NCBI GenBank assembly: GCA_964597945.1
Contig: CAZRAD010000002.1
Location: forward strand, 1-51,778
Length of the DNA: 51,778 nucleotides
Direction of reading: 5' to 3'
DNA from: an uncultured bacterium
GTDB lineage: Bacteria; Joyebacterota; Joyebacteria; Joyebacterales; Joyebacteraceae
Shown here: one piece after another, positions 15,901-24,840 of the stretch
How the letters are laid out: each line of letters begins with the position of its first letter
How positions within the stretch are numbered: the first letter of the stretch is position 1
Translations under genes and position numbers: made by a program
Notes under the pieces: generated by a model
What the model was told of the DNA's origin: nothing
Database searches by the model: none
Seen by the model: the letters and a program-made list of their open reading frames with translations, nothing else

Positions 15901-17732
15901 ACGAGATCATCGTCGACTGCGCGCTGCTCGGCAGCATCACGGGCGCAACCGAACCGGGGACCCTCTTCACGATCGACTTCACTGGTCAGGCGGTGGGTAC
16001 GAGCCCGGTCGACATCACGATCCTCAACGTGCGTGACCAGTACAACAACCCGCTCTCAGGGTTCTCGCCGATCGACGGCACGCTGATCATTGATGTGGTT
16101 GCTCCGGTCATCACGGATGTGGAGATCTTCAACACGACGCTCACGCACACCAACGACTACATCAAGGACACTGATGTGGCGACGGTGACGGCGACGGTCA
16201 TGGACGACGATCCCGCGTTCGGGATTCCGAACATCGTGGCCGACCTCACCGACCTCGGTGGGGGAGCCGCTGTGAACCCCGTGAGCTACCTGGGGAACGT
16301 GGCGACGTGGAACATCGCGTCCGTGACGTGCACGCCTCAGGACGGCATCGCGTGGGTGTACGTTGACGCGACCGATGGCATCGGCAACCCGGCAGGGCAG
16401 GGTTCCGATGACATCATCGCGGACAACACCGCTCCGACGGCGGTCACGGGCTTCGATGCGGCGCCCGGTCACCAGAAGTGCGACCTGTCGTGGACGATGG
16501 GTACCGACACGTATCTGGATGGTGTCGTGGTCCAGCGGACGGACAACGCGGGTGACTACCCGCTCTACGCAGCGTTCAAGGGTGCGTGGCCGACAGTGAC
16601 CCCGTTCTACGCGGCCGATCACACGCTCGGCACCAACGTCTACAACGGTGCCGCAGCGGTTGCCGTGGATCCTGTTGTCGACCGCAACATCTACTACTAC
16701 CAGGCGTTCTGCTACGACATCGCGCGCAACTACGGCGCGGCGGATGTCAGTGGATTGTCGGCGGACCTCGCCACGAACTACTGGCTTGGTGACGTCGCAA
16801 GCACGCTCGGTTCCGGGATCGGGTTCTACAACGGTCTCGTGAACGACGCAGACATCAACGAGCTCGGTGGTTGGTATCACCAGGCTCCTGGTGGTGCGCC
16901 CTACACCGAGATGGACGTCGGTCCGACGGTCCATCCGAACTACGGCCGTCTCGGTCTGCCGTTCCCGGACAACTTCGTCGGGTTCGAGGACCTGATGATG
17001 TTCGCCATGAACTACGGCGTGGTTGCGCCGAGGATCGTGCCGCTTCTGAGTGAGCCGGTTGAGGGTCAGCTGGCGCTCTCGCTCGATGAGGTCGGTTCCG
17101 ACGCCACCGGTCTGGTGGAGCTCGCGCTCCGCCTCGATGGCAACGTTGGAGACGTCAAGGGCATCAGTGCCGTGTTCGAGCTTGATGGCATGGAGTTCGT
17201 CTCGGCAAGGCTGTCCGATGAGATGAGTTCGCCGGCCGCGAAGACGTTCCTGTGGGCCGGTGATGACCAGATCGATCTTGCGATCCTCGGTACCGGCGTT
17301 TCGATCGGCGGTTCCGGTGAGGTTGCCAGACTCACGTTCCAGACGACGTCCGATGAGTGCAACGTCGACTTCGCGTCGGCCGCGCTCCGTGGCGTCGAGA
17401 ACGAGCTGCTGGATGCCGACCTCGAGGGTTACGACTCGACGGGCGACATCCCGGCTGTCTTCAGGCTCGCCCAGAACGCTCCGAACCCCTTCAACCCGAT
17501 GACCACCATCGCCTTCAACGTCCCGCACGAGTCGCGAGTTGCGATCCGTGTCTACGACGTGACGGGTCGTGTGGTGCGTACGCTGGTTGACGGTGTGACA
17601 GAGCCTGGTCGTCACGCGGCTGTCTGGGATGGCCGCAACGATCAGCGTGAGAGTTGCGGCAGCGGCGTGTACTTCTGCGTGATGGAGACGCCCGAGTACC
17701 GCGGCAGCAGCAAGATGATGCTTCTGAAGTAG
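12978..17732 (+). CDS. SP2: giant surface protein (two parallel beta-helix modules, then the same cohesin/Ig/FN3/dockerin-like/cohesin/CTD cassette)
   Basis: AAAGGAG at 12964-12970. Signal peptide MKHALLLSLALAVVLIATPVMA. Two beta-helix starts: TIQTAINAASSGDTLVVAAGTY and SIQAAIDVASPGATISVSAGNY. Caps are NYWGDPAGP and NWWGDATGPYH. CDPDPEYLTV then a cohesin-like module. Dockerin-like segment at 16776-17028. CTD FRLAQNAPNPFNPMTT…KMMLLK. Confidence 0.9.
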   Translation: MKHALLLSLALAVVLIATPVMATTHSVDAGGGGDYLTIQTAINAASSGDTLVVAAGTYREQLKIDSKDLDIVGAGSGTTIIEAVDLVDRTTYTVTKWTASTEDIDPCIGIVGPATVNISDLTVDGRDLGPNHYYGIYFFDADGTVVDCVIEGILYAASPSASSVVSLVATHSETGSTSVTFDGNTIPDFQKGGILVMGTSAHCQLLGNTVIDMPTVDLAGNGIQISYGATGSTYQNVVQGSAYTGDDWAATGILLFESGNITMDGDEVFNCQSGVNYSDWGWVYLAPTQVVFDFSNLNLHDNEWTLGTQLSRDGSDIDIDIIDCIVTDSAGDGIDLFGTGIDPWGGSYYTGWDNGNLTARITGCTITNTTGMDGIWTGDSSGNLTNTSDIIVEDCHFENNASSAVNHGLPETMDADLNYWGDPAGPTTAKGGTIESTMPSPSPFGVEVPRGSNVVEKYATSRAGGGVYGAVSYSPWYAAPPGVSPMPIGTNSSIQAAIDVASPGATISVSAGNYTEQLHITKDDLDIVGAGDDVVTITSPATLPLFFGTNYPIVFIDGATGVDISGVTVDGDGQGNANYKFVGVAFWNAGGSLTDSRVTGIMDTPFSGSQHGVAVYANSNTGGPHTVALDGVEIDDYQKNGTVFSGDGLTIDLDGVTCTGQGPTDVTCQNGIQISDGTGGTLDSCLVQDITYTGEYWGARGILLYDASVVDMTDVTVERCQTGVDFYYTDGSFVSGEIVQPYGDAMYMDAYPPTLRSDGRVPASPVDGVEVLGGRETQTITVSDSRFIGGGALDSWGVSSWVEGGDVASCTMTGCEVTNWDLGVVAYEDGGTSTLTANECVIFDNLSYGYYTNAVGDRAVQNAEYNWWGDATGPYHPTLNSGGLGNEVSDNVDFDPWLLGNIYCDPDPEYLTVAGPTKTVAVKYLGGGGGAVFGYNISIKWDSSVVSTTIGDVVEGNLLSDLGGTFFFPANGTGDEIIVDCALLGSITGATEPGTLFTIDFTGQAVGTSPVDITILNVRDQYNNPLSGFSPIDGTLIIDVVAPVITDVEIFNTTLTHTNDYIKDTDVATVTATVMDDDPAFGIPNIVADLTDLGGGAAVNPVSYLGNVATWNIASVTCTPQDGIAWVYVDATDGIGNPAGQGSDDIIADNTAPTAVTGFDAAPGHQKCDLSWTMGTDTYLDGVVVQRTDNAGDYPLYAAFKGAWPTVTPFYAADHTLGTNVYNGAAAVAVDPVVDRNIYYYQAFCYDIARNYGAADVSGLSADLATNYWLGDVASTLGSGIGFYNGLVNDADINELGGWYHQAPGGAPYTEMDVGPTVHPNYGRLGLPFPDNFVGFEDLMMFAMNYGVVAPRIVPLLSEPVEGQLALSLDEVGSDATGLVELALRLDGNVGDVKGISAVFELDGMEFVSARLSDEMSSPAAKTFLWAGDDQIDLAILGTGVSIGGSGEVARLTFQTTSDECNVDFASAALRGVENELLDADLEGYDSTGDIPAVFRLAQNAPNPFNPMTTIAFNVPHESRVAIRVYDVTGRVVRTLVDGVTEPGRHAAVWDGRNDQRESCGSGVYFCVMETPEYRGSSKMMLLK

Positions 17733-17741
17733 TTCATTCAA

Positions 17742-17774
17742 TCCCGGGTCCGGGCCTCGTGCCCGGGCCCGGGA
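17742..17774 (+). terminator. GC-rich hairpin after SP2 (14-bp stem, 5-nt loop)
   Basis: TCCCGGGTCCGGGC-CTCGT-GCCCGGGCCCGGGA, 10 nt after the TAG at 17730-17732. No U-tract. Confidence 0.5.
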
Positions 17775-17860
17775 CCCGGACGGTGTCGGGTGGGGACGCG
17801 GGGAAGAGCGGCTGGCCGGTTGCGCCAGGGGATGCGCTGGGTCGGGAGAGGAGGATGACA

Positions 17861-20569
17861 ATGTACGCATCAAGAGCCCAGGTGAGAACAGCCGTTGCTG
17901 CACTCGCATGCCTGGCCGCCTGCTGCCTCGCAGGTCCGGCCGTGGCCGGGCCGGAGTCGGCCCCTCCTCGGCTGAGCCCGGGCGACCTCGTCATTACGGA
18001 GATCATGCAGAACCCTTCAGCGGTGCTCGATTCAGAAGGCGAGTGGTTCGAGGTCTACAACGCGAGCGGTTCGAGCATCAACATGAACGGTCTGATCATC
18101 AAGGACGATGGCACGAACACCTTCACGGTCGGGAGCGACGTCATCATCGCCGCAGGCGCGTACGCGCTGTTCGCGGAGAACGCCGACCATCTGACAAACG
18201 GCGGGCTCCCAACCGTCGACTACGACTACCCGTCGACCTTCGTGCTGGCGAATGGCGACGACGAGATCGTCATCATGGATGGGACCACGGAGATCGACCG
18301 CGTCAACTACGATGGCGGCCCGAGCTTCCCGGATCCGAACGGCGCGAGCATGATGCTGGTCGACGTTTCCTACGACAACAACGTCGGTGCGAACTGGGCG
18401 GAAGAGAGCAACGAGACCTACGGTGACGGTGACTACGGCACGCCGGGAGCGGCACCGGAGCCTCCCCTCAGCCCCGGAGACCTCGTCATCACAGAGATCA
18501 TGCAGAACCCGTCGGCGGTGCTCGATGATCACGGCGAGTGGTTTGAGATCTACAACGCCAGCGGCGCGAGCATCGACCTGGACGGGCTCATCATCAAGGA
18601 CGACGGATCGGACAGTCACACCATCAGCGGCACTGTCGTCGTGCCATCCGGCGGCTACGCACTGCTGGTCAGGAACGGCGACGGCGGCACGAACGGCGGG
18701 CTTCCGACCGTCGACTACGTGTACTCGGGATTCGATCTCGCCAACGGTGACGACGAGGTCGTCATCATGGACGGGTCGACCGAGATCGACCGGGTCGCTT
18801 ATGACGGCGGTTCGAACTTCCCCGATCCAACCGGCGCTAGCATGTACCTCACGAGCGTCGCGCTCGACAACAACGTGGGTTCGAACTGGGCCGAGGAAGC
18901 GCTCTACACCTACGGCGACGGCGACTACGGGACGCCGGGAGCCGCACGCGTGACCGACACGACCGACCCAATCGTGACGAACGTGACGCTGACCAACTCC
19001 ACGCTCACTCATACAAACGACTTCGTGAAGGACGGTGACAGCCTCACGCTGAGCGCCGACGCCAGCGACGACGTCACGACGCTCCAGGCCTCGGACATCA
19101 CGGCGGACCTCTCGACGCTGCTTGCCGGCGGGAGTTCCAGCGTAGTGGCCGAGAGCTACGATGGAACCACCGCGACGTGGACGACCGCACTCGCCGGCGT
19201 GACACTGGCAGCCGATGGAGCCGCGACGGTCACCGTGACAGCGACCGATGGTGCCGCGAACACCGGTTCCGGCAGTGATGGGATCACGATCGACAACACG
19301 GCGCCCGGAAACGCGACCGACTTCGCCGCCGAGCCCGCTCACGAGAAGGTCGAGCTCTCATGGTCCGATGCGTCGGGGCAGGACGCGCACTACCGTGGCG
19401 TGATGGTCAGGTACAACGCCTGGGGTGACTATCCGGCGTACGACACGGCAGCTCCCGCTTACCCGTCGAGTTCCACTGACGGAACCGAGCTCTTCTCGGG
19501 CGATGCGACCGGCACGACCCACGCAATCGTTGCCCGCGACATCTACTACTACCGCGCGTTCGTCTACGATGAGGCTCTCAACTACAGCGCGCCCGATGCG
19601 AGCACAGCTCGCCGCGCCACGAACTACTGGCTCGGTGACATCGCGGAGCCCGAGAACTCCTGGGTGCCCGACGGTCTTGTGACCGTTGCCGACATCACGA
19701 AGCTCAGCGGCATGTATGGCGATGCCCCGACCGGCGACTACCTCGCGTGTGATGTCGGCCCATCGGAATCCGGCAGCACCATCGGTGTTCCGCTTCCCGA
19801 CGACTTCCTCGGGTTCGAAGACCTGATGCTGTTTTCCCTCAACTACGGTGTCGTCGGCCCCGCTCGCGCCATCCCGCTTCTTGGCGGGACGACCGGGGGC
19901 GTGCTGGCACTGTCGCTCGAAGAGGTAGGCAGGTCCGGGAGCTTTATCGAGTACTCGCTCGTGCTCTCCGGAAACGTGGGGGAGGTGAAGGGTGTGAGTG
20001 TGACGCTCGCGCTCGACGGCCTCGAGTTCGTGTCCGCGCGTCTCTCTGACGCCATGTCAACGCCTTCAGCAGAGACCTTCTTCTGGAGCAGAGGGACACC
20101 GAGCACCGCGACGCTCGACCTCGCCATTCTTGGCGGGGGAGTGACGATCGGTGGCTCAGGTGAGCTGGCGCGATTCAAGCTCAACGAGACAGGGGCTGAA
20201 CACTCTGTTGCATTCGACAACGTGCTGCTCCGGGGTGTGGAGAACCAGGACCTCCCCGCGGAGCTTGAGTCCATAGAGGGCGGTGCGCCGCCCGCATTCA
20301 AACTCGTTCAGAACGTCCCGAACCCCTTCAATCCCACGACCACCATCAGCTACCACATACCGCTCGAGTCGAACGTGCGGATTCGCATCATCGATGTCGC
20401 AGGCCGCGCGGTGCGTACGCTGATGGATGGAACCTCGCCCCCCGGCCGCCATTCGGCAGTCTGGGACGGACGGAACGAGCAGGGAGAGGCGTGCGGCAGC
20501 GGCGTGTACTTCTGCGTGATGGAGACGCCGAAGTACCGCGCAAGCCGGAAGATGGTGCTCATGAAGTAG
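17861..20569 (+). CDS. SP3: surface protein with two lamin-tail-domain (LTD) repeats plus the Ig/FN3/dockerin-like/cohesin/CTD cassette
   Basis: Track ORF 17654-20569. The start is ATG 17861 (or 17855), after GGGAGAGGAGG. Signal peptide MYASRAQVRTAVAALACLAACCLAGPAVAG. LTD pattern LSPGDLVITEIMQNPSAVLD..GEWFE.YNASG….GLIIKDDG occurs twice. Dockerin-like segment at 19622-19849. CTD FKLVQNVPNPFNPTTT…KMVLMK. Confidence 0.85.
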   Translation: MYASRAQVRTAVAALACLAACCLAGPAVAGPESAPPRLSPGDLVITEIMQNPSAVLDSEGEWFEVYNASGSSINMNGLIIKDDGTNTFTVGSDVIIAAGAYALFAENADHLTNGGLPTVDYDYPSTFVLANGDDEIVIMDGTTEIDRVNYDGGPSFPDPNGASMMLVDVSYDNNVGANWAEESNETYGDGDYGTPGAAPEPPLSPGDLVITEIMQNPSAVLDDHGEWFEIYNASGASIDLDGLIIKDDGSDSHTISGTVVVPSGGYALLVRNGDGGTNGGLPTVDYVYSGFDLANGDDEVVIMDGSTEIDRVAYDGGSNFPDPTGASMYLTSVALDNNVGSNWAEEALYTYGDGDYGTPGAARVTDTTDPIVTNVTLTNSTLTHTNDFVKDGDSLTLSADASDDVTTLQASDITADLSTLLAGGSSSVVAESYDGTTATWTTALAGVTLAADGAATVTVTATDGAANTGSGSDGITIDNTAPGNATDFAAEPAHEKVELSWSDASGQDAHYRGVMVRYNAWGDYPAYDTAAPAYPSSSTDGTELFSGDATGTTHAIVARDIYYYRAFVYDEALNYSAPDASTARRATNYWLGDIAEPENSWVPDGLVTVADITKLSGMYGDAPTGDYLACDVGPSESGSTIGVPLPDDFLGFEDLMLFSLNYGVVGPARAIPLLGGTTGGVLALSLEEVGRSGSFIEYSLVLSGNVGEVKGVSVTLALDGLEFVSARLSDAMSTPSAETFFWSRGTPSTATLDLAILGGGVTIGGSGELARFKLNETGAEHSVAFDNVLLRGVENQDLPAELESIEGGAPPAFKLVQNVPNPFNPTTTISYHIPLESNVRIRIIDVAGRAVRTLMDGTSPPGRHSAVWDGRNEQGEACGSGVYFCVMETPKYRASRKMVLMK
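17972..18946 (+). repeat. tandem 495-nt (165-aa) duplication encoding the two LTD modules of SP3
   Basis: The LSPGDLVITEIMQNPSAVLD codons start at 17972 and again at 18467. Both units end …NWAEE…YGDGDYGTPGAA. The DNA copies have diverged (many synonymous and some replacement differences). Confidence 0.8.
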
Positions 20570-20627
20570 CGGGGGACCGACGCGGACATGCGTGAACGCT
20601 CCGCGCCGGCCGGAAAGGAGCACGGAA

Positions 20628-23600
20628 ATGACACGCGCACTTCTTGTCTTCGCAGCGCTTGTGTTGCTGGTGGTGCCATCGAGCGGATCGCATGACCACC
20701 GCGAGATGGTCCCCTCCTGGGAGACCGAGTTGGCATCACGGGACTGGGAGGTTGTCTATCTCGACGACATGGAGGATGGGGAGGGAGGTTGGACGCACGC
20801 CGACCTGTCCAGTCCTCCCCCCAAGTTCCATGTCGATACGTACATGGCCTACGGTGGTGGATCTTCCTGGTGGTGTGGGAACTTCGACTACGACGCGAAC
20901 GGTGGCTACGGAAACTCCTGGGACCAGAGACTTGATCTTCCAACGCTGGATCTCACAGGCATGACGACGCCGGTTCTCACCTTCGTGTACCGCTATGACT
21001 CGGAGCCAGGCTACGACTACACCTACGTTCAGGCTAACCAGGGCGGCACGTGGGTCACACTGAATGGTCCGCTTGGCTGGTGTGGCAAGAGTGGCGGTGA
21101 CGGATCCTGGCAGGACATAGGGGCCTACGGTTTCCCGATAGCGTCCTACGGGCCGAGCTGTGATCTTCGGTTTCGATTCATCTCGGATGGTGGCTGGTCG
21201 GATGAAGACGGTATCTATGTGACTGATGGCGGCGCGTTCATGGTCGACAACATCAGGGTTTACGACTACCCCAGCGGAGCCACGATCTTCTTCGACGACG
21301 TTGAGAGTGGTGGTGCATGCACGCCGAGTGGACCACCTCCCTCAGGTGACTACTGGCACATCATTGACAGAGCCTGCCCCGCGAGCAGCGGTACGCACAG
21401 CTGGTGGTGCGGAGACGATGCGGACACGAACCTTGTCCCCGCCAATCTCTATAACTCGCTGACGTCGCCGCCTGTCGACATCTCCGGTCTTGAGAGTCTC
21501 TATCTCTCCTTCCAAGTGCATTTCGCCATACCAACGGTCGACAATGATTCCGTCACATTCGAGATCACCACGGATGGTGGAGTGAGCTGGCATTCGCTTG
21601 GCACATGGTGGGGCGACTCCAGTAGCTGCGATGGGTGGTCTCGCAGGTGGCGCAATGGCATGAACCTGGATCCCTACCTTCCTGGGAGTGAGTTTCAGCT
21701 TCGTGTAATCATGTACACAACGGACAACGGATGCGGACCTGCCGCATACGGTGGTGCCGGAATCATGGTTGATGACTTGAAGCTGATCAGGACCTTCGGG
21801 ACGCCGACCACCTGGTACGTCGAACCCGGGGGTACCTACGAGACGATCCAGGAGGCCATTGATGTGGCTGTGCCGGGGGATATCATCGACGTGGGCGATG
21901 GTGTGTACACGGACCGCGTGATCATCGACAAGCCGGATCTCACCCTGGTCGCAGGGAGTGAACCTGTCATCGATCTTGGCAAAGCAGCTCCGGGAGATCC
22001 GTATGTCGGCAGCTGCATTTGGGTGTCTTCTGCGGGCACTGGGACAGTGATCGACGGTTTCATCATCCGACATGGTGACAATGGAGTCTATCTCGGTGCT
22101 TCTGACTGCGTGATCCGAAGCTGCGAGATCTACGAGAACTACGGCGACGGCACGAGTTACTGGGGGCGCGGAACCGGCATCCACTGCGAGGACAACGCAA
22201 TTGACCCCCTCAGAGTCAACATCATCGACAACGATATTCACGACAACAGCGAGGTCGGACTGAACTTCGTGCGCGGTCGGGGGCACGTCGTCTCGGGCAA
22301 CTCGATCCGTGACAACGGAAGGACCCCGCTTTCGTACCGATCGATCGGAGTGGCCATCGGGTACGCGGATTCCGTGACCATAGTGGGGAACGAAGTCTGT
22401 GGTCATCGGGACAACCCGTTCTATGGGCGCGGCTTCAGTGTGCTGGAACAGGCAGGTGGAGACGGCCATACCTATGTTGGCAACATCGTTCATGACAACG
22501 AGTACAGCATCATCTTCCATGCATCTGGTGAGGAACCGAGCACACTCCATGGGAACGCGTTCTACGGCAACTCGGTCGGAATGAACAACATCACGTCCGT
22601 GACCATGGACGCCCGCCACAACTGGTGGGGCGATGCCAGCGGTCCGAATGCGTCCAAGCGGGGGAGTGGCGATCCGATCATCAGCGGCGACATCGACTAC
22701 ACGCCGTGGATCGGCATGGCAGGCGGTGAGAACGTCACGTGCGATCCGAATCCGCTCACGCTCACAGGCGGCACGCCGACCGGCACCATCTCGGTCGACT
22801 ACGCCGGCGGCGCGAGCGCTCCGATCAAGGGATACTCGATCAAGTTCTCGTGGGATGGCGCGGTCGCGACGACGTCACCTGCGAGCGTAACCGAAGGCGA
22901 CTTCTCTACCGGGGTATCGAGCTTCTTCTATCCGTGGTTGAGCGGAACGAACGAGATCACGGTCGACTGCTCCATCCTGGATGGGGCAGGGAGCAGCATC
23001 CCGGGCACGCTCTTCGAGATCGAGTTCGCTGGCCAGACGGTCGACTACGACACGTGCACACTGACGCTCTTCGACCTGGACTTCCGTGATGTCAGCAATG
23101 ACCCCGTAGCTGGCATCTACGACGCGGACGGCGAGATCATCGTCGATCTGGTCGGGCCGAGCATCTCGGGTGTGGCGATCACGAACCCGACGCTTCCGCA
23201 TACCGATGACTTCATCAAGAACACCGACACAGCGGTCGTGACGGCGATCGTCACCGACACCCATCCGCTGTTCAGCAGCCTCGACATCGAAGCCGATCTG
23301 TCTGGCTTCGGCGCCGGAACGATCAACCCCACGACATACGACGGCACGACAGCGAGCTGGACGGTCGCTGGAGTGACGTGCAGTCCGACGGACGCTGCCA
23401 TCACGGTGACGGTGTCAAGCACCGACCCGTACGGCAACACCGGGACGCCGGACTCCGACGACATCATGGCCGACAACACGCCCCCTGGCGCGATTACCGG
23501 TCTGGACGCGTCCCCGGCGCATGAGGAGGTCGTGCTCGTCTGGGGTGACCCGACGGGTCTCGACACGAACCTCCGCGGCGTGATGGTTCGCTACGACGCG

Positions 23601-24776
23601 TGGGGCGACTACCCGTTCTACGCAACCGCGGATCCGGGCTACCCGGCGACAGAGACGGGCGGAGACGGAACCGCGTATGACGCGCTCGGCGTGTCGTCAG
23701 GTGCGACACACGCCATCGTCCCGCGTGACATCCACAACTACACGGCGTTCGTCTACGACCAGGTACTGCTCTACGGCCCGGCCGATGCGTCGGCTCAGGA
23801 CCGGGCCACCAACTACTGGCTCGGCGATGTGGCAGATGATTTTGGCAGCTGGGGCTACGACGGTCTCGTGACAGTAGACGACATCGACAAGCTCGGCGGT
23901 ACGTACGCGGTGTCCGGTCCCGGCTTGCCGGACGCAGAGTGCAACGTCGGTCCGACCGACGATTTCAGTCGCGTCGGCATCCCGCTTCCGAACGCGGGCA
24001 CCGGCCCGGTCGTGAACTTCGAAGACCTCATGATCTTCTCGATGAACTACGGGGTCGTCGCGCCGCGGATCGTACCGCTTCTGAGCGGCATGTCGGTGGG
24101 CGAACTCGCGCTGTCGATCGAGGAGATCGGTCGCACCGAGAACGGCGTGGAGCTCGCGCTGAGGCTCTCCGGCAACAGCGGTGAGGTCAAGGGCACGAGC
24201 GCCGTGCTCGAGTTCGATGGTGCGGAGTTCGTCTCGGCCCGGCTCTCGGACGAGATGTCGTCTCCGGCGGCGGACGTGTTCTTCTGGAGCGGTGAGGTCG
24301 AGGGCAGGACGCTTGTTGACCTGGCCATCCTTGGCACCGACGTGACCATCGGTGGTTCCGGCGAGCTGGCGCGAATCACGCTGACTCCTACCGCCGGCGA
24401 GTACTCGGTGTCGTTTGCCGAAGCAACGCTCCGAAACGCCACAAACGAGGACCTGACGGCGGAGCTCGAGGGTATCGAGATCATCGATGAGATCCCGACG
24501 GTCTTCCGCCTCGTGCAGAACGTGCCGAACCCGTTCAATCCCATCACGACGATTGCGTACCACGTTCCGTACGAGTCGGACGTCTCGATTCGCGTGTACG
24601 ACGTGACGGGTCGTGTTGTGCGGACGCTTGTTGACGGTGCGATTGAGCCCGGCCGTCACGCAGCTGTCTGGGATGGACGGAGCGAGCAGGGAGAGAACTG
24701 CGGCAGCGGCGTGTACTTCTGCGTGATGGAGAGCGCAGAGTATCGCGGCAGCCGAAAGATGATGCTTCTGAAGTAG
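20628..24776 (+). CDS. SP4: giant surface protein (two SWWCG jelly-roll-like modules, beta-helix, then the cohesin/Ig/FN3/dockerin-like/cohesin/CTD cassette)
   Basis: Track ORF 20592-24776. ATG 20628 with AAAGGAG at 20614-20620. Signal peptide MTRALLVFAALVLLVVPSSGS. GGSSWWCGNFDYD and GTHSWWCGDDADT start two similar modules. Beta-helix TIQEAIDVAVPGDIIDVGDGVY is capped by NWWGDASGP. CDPNPLTL then a cohesin-like module. Dockerin-like segment at 23811-24053. CTD FRLVQNVPNPFNPITT…KMMLLK. Confidence 0.9.
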   Translation: MTRALLVFAALVLLVVPSSGSHDHREMVPSWETELASRDWEVVYLDDMEDGEGGWTHADLSSPPPKFHVDTYMAYGGGSSWWCGNFDYDANGGYGNSWDQRLDLPTLDLTGMTTPVLTFVYRYDSEPGYDYTYVQANQGGTWVTLNGPLGWCGKSGGDGSWQDIGAYGFPIASYGPSCDLRFRFISDGGWSDEDGIYVTDGGAFMVDNIRVYDYPSGATIFFDDVESGGACTPSGPPPSGDYWHIIDRACPASSGTHSWWCGDDADTNLVPANLYNSLTSPPVDISGLESLYLSFQVHFAIPTVDNDSVTFEITTDGGVSWHSLGTWWGDSSSCDGWSRRWRNGMNLDPYLPGSEFQLRVIMYTTDNGCGPAAYGGAGIMVDDLKLIRTFGTPTTWYVEPGGTYETIQEAIDVAVPGDIIDVGDGVYTDRVIIDKPDLTLVAGSEPVIDLGKAAPGDPYVGSCIWVSSAGTGTVIDGFIIRHGDNGVYLGASDCVIRSCEIYENYGDGTSYWGRGTGIHCEDNAIDPLRVNIIDNDIHDNSEVGLNFVRGRGHVVSGNSIRDNGRTPLSYRSIGVAIGYADSVTIVGNEVCGHRDNPFYGRGFSVLEQAGGDGHTYVGNIVHDNEYSIIFHASGEEPSTLHGNAFYGNSVGMNNITSVTMDARHNWWGDASGPNASKRGSGDPIISGDIDYTPWIGMAGGENVTCDPNPLTLTGGTPTGTISVDYAGGASAPIKGYSIKFSWDGAVATTSPASVTEGDFSTGVSSFFYPWLSGTNEITVDCSILDGAGSSIPGTLFEIEFAGQTVDYDTCTLTLFDLDFRDVSNDPVAGIYDADGEIIVDLVGPSISGVAITNPTLPHTDDFIKNTDTAVVTAIVTDTHPLFSSLDIEADLSGFGAGTINPTTYDGTTASWTVAGVTCSPTDAAITVTVSSTDPYGNTGTPDSDDIMADNTPPGAITGLDASPAHEEVVLVWGDPTGLDTNLRGVMVRYDAWGDYPFYATADPGYPATETGGDGTAYDALGVSSGATHAIVPRDIHNYTAFVYDQVLLYGPADASAQDRATNYWLGDVADDFGSWGYDGLVTVDDIDKLGGTYAVSGPGLPDAECNVGPTDDFSRVGIPLPNAGTGPVVNFEDLMIFSMNYGVVAPRIVPLLSGMSVGELALSIEEIGRTENGVELALRLSGNSGEVKGTSAVLEFDGAEFVSARLSDEMSSPAADVFFWSGEVEGRTLVDLAILGTDVTIGGSGELARITLTPTAGEYSVSFAEATLRNATNEDLTAELEGIEIIDEIPTVFRLVQNVPNPFNPITTIAYHVPYESDVSIRVYDVTGRVVRTLVDGAIEPGRHAAVWDGRSEQGENCGSGVYFCVMESAEYRGSRKMMLLK

Positions 24777-24786
24777 GGCAGTCATC

Positions 24787-24822
24787 CCTCCGGAGTCCGG
24801 GCATGAGTCCGGGCTCCGGAGG
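24787..24822 (+). terminator. GC-rich hairpin after SP4 (16-bp stem including 2 G-U pairs, 4-nt loop)
   Basis: CCTCCGGAGTCCGGGC-ATGA-GTCCGGGCTCCGGAGG, 11 nt after the TAG at 24774-24776. It shares CCCTCCGGAG with the SP1 hairpin. Confidence 0.5.
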
Positions 24823-24840
24823 AAGAGCGGGGAGGACGAT

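Noticed and set aside
17654-17860. Long N-terminal extensions offered by the ORF track for several genes (17654, 5800, 20592, 25566, 28269, 33914, 35099, 36648, 41116, 43415, 44117)
   Set aside because: In each case an internal start has a good RBS and begins the signal peptide or the conserved family N-terminus. The extensions overlap upstream genes or hairpins and are compositionally non-protein-like.
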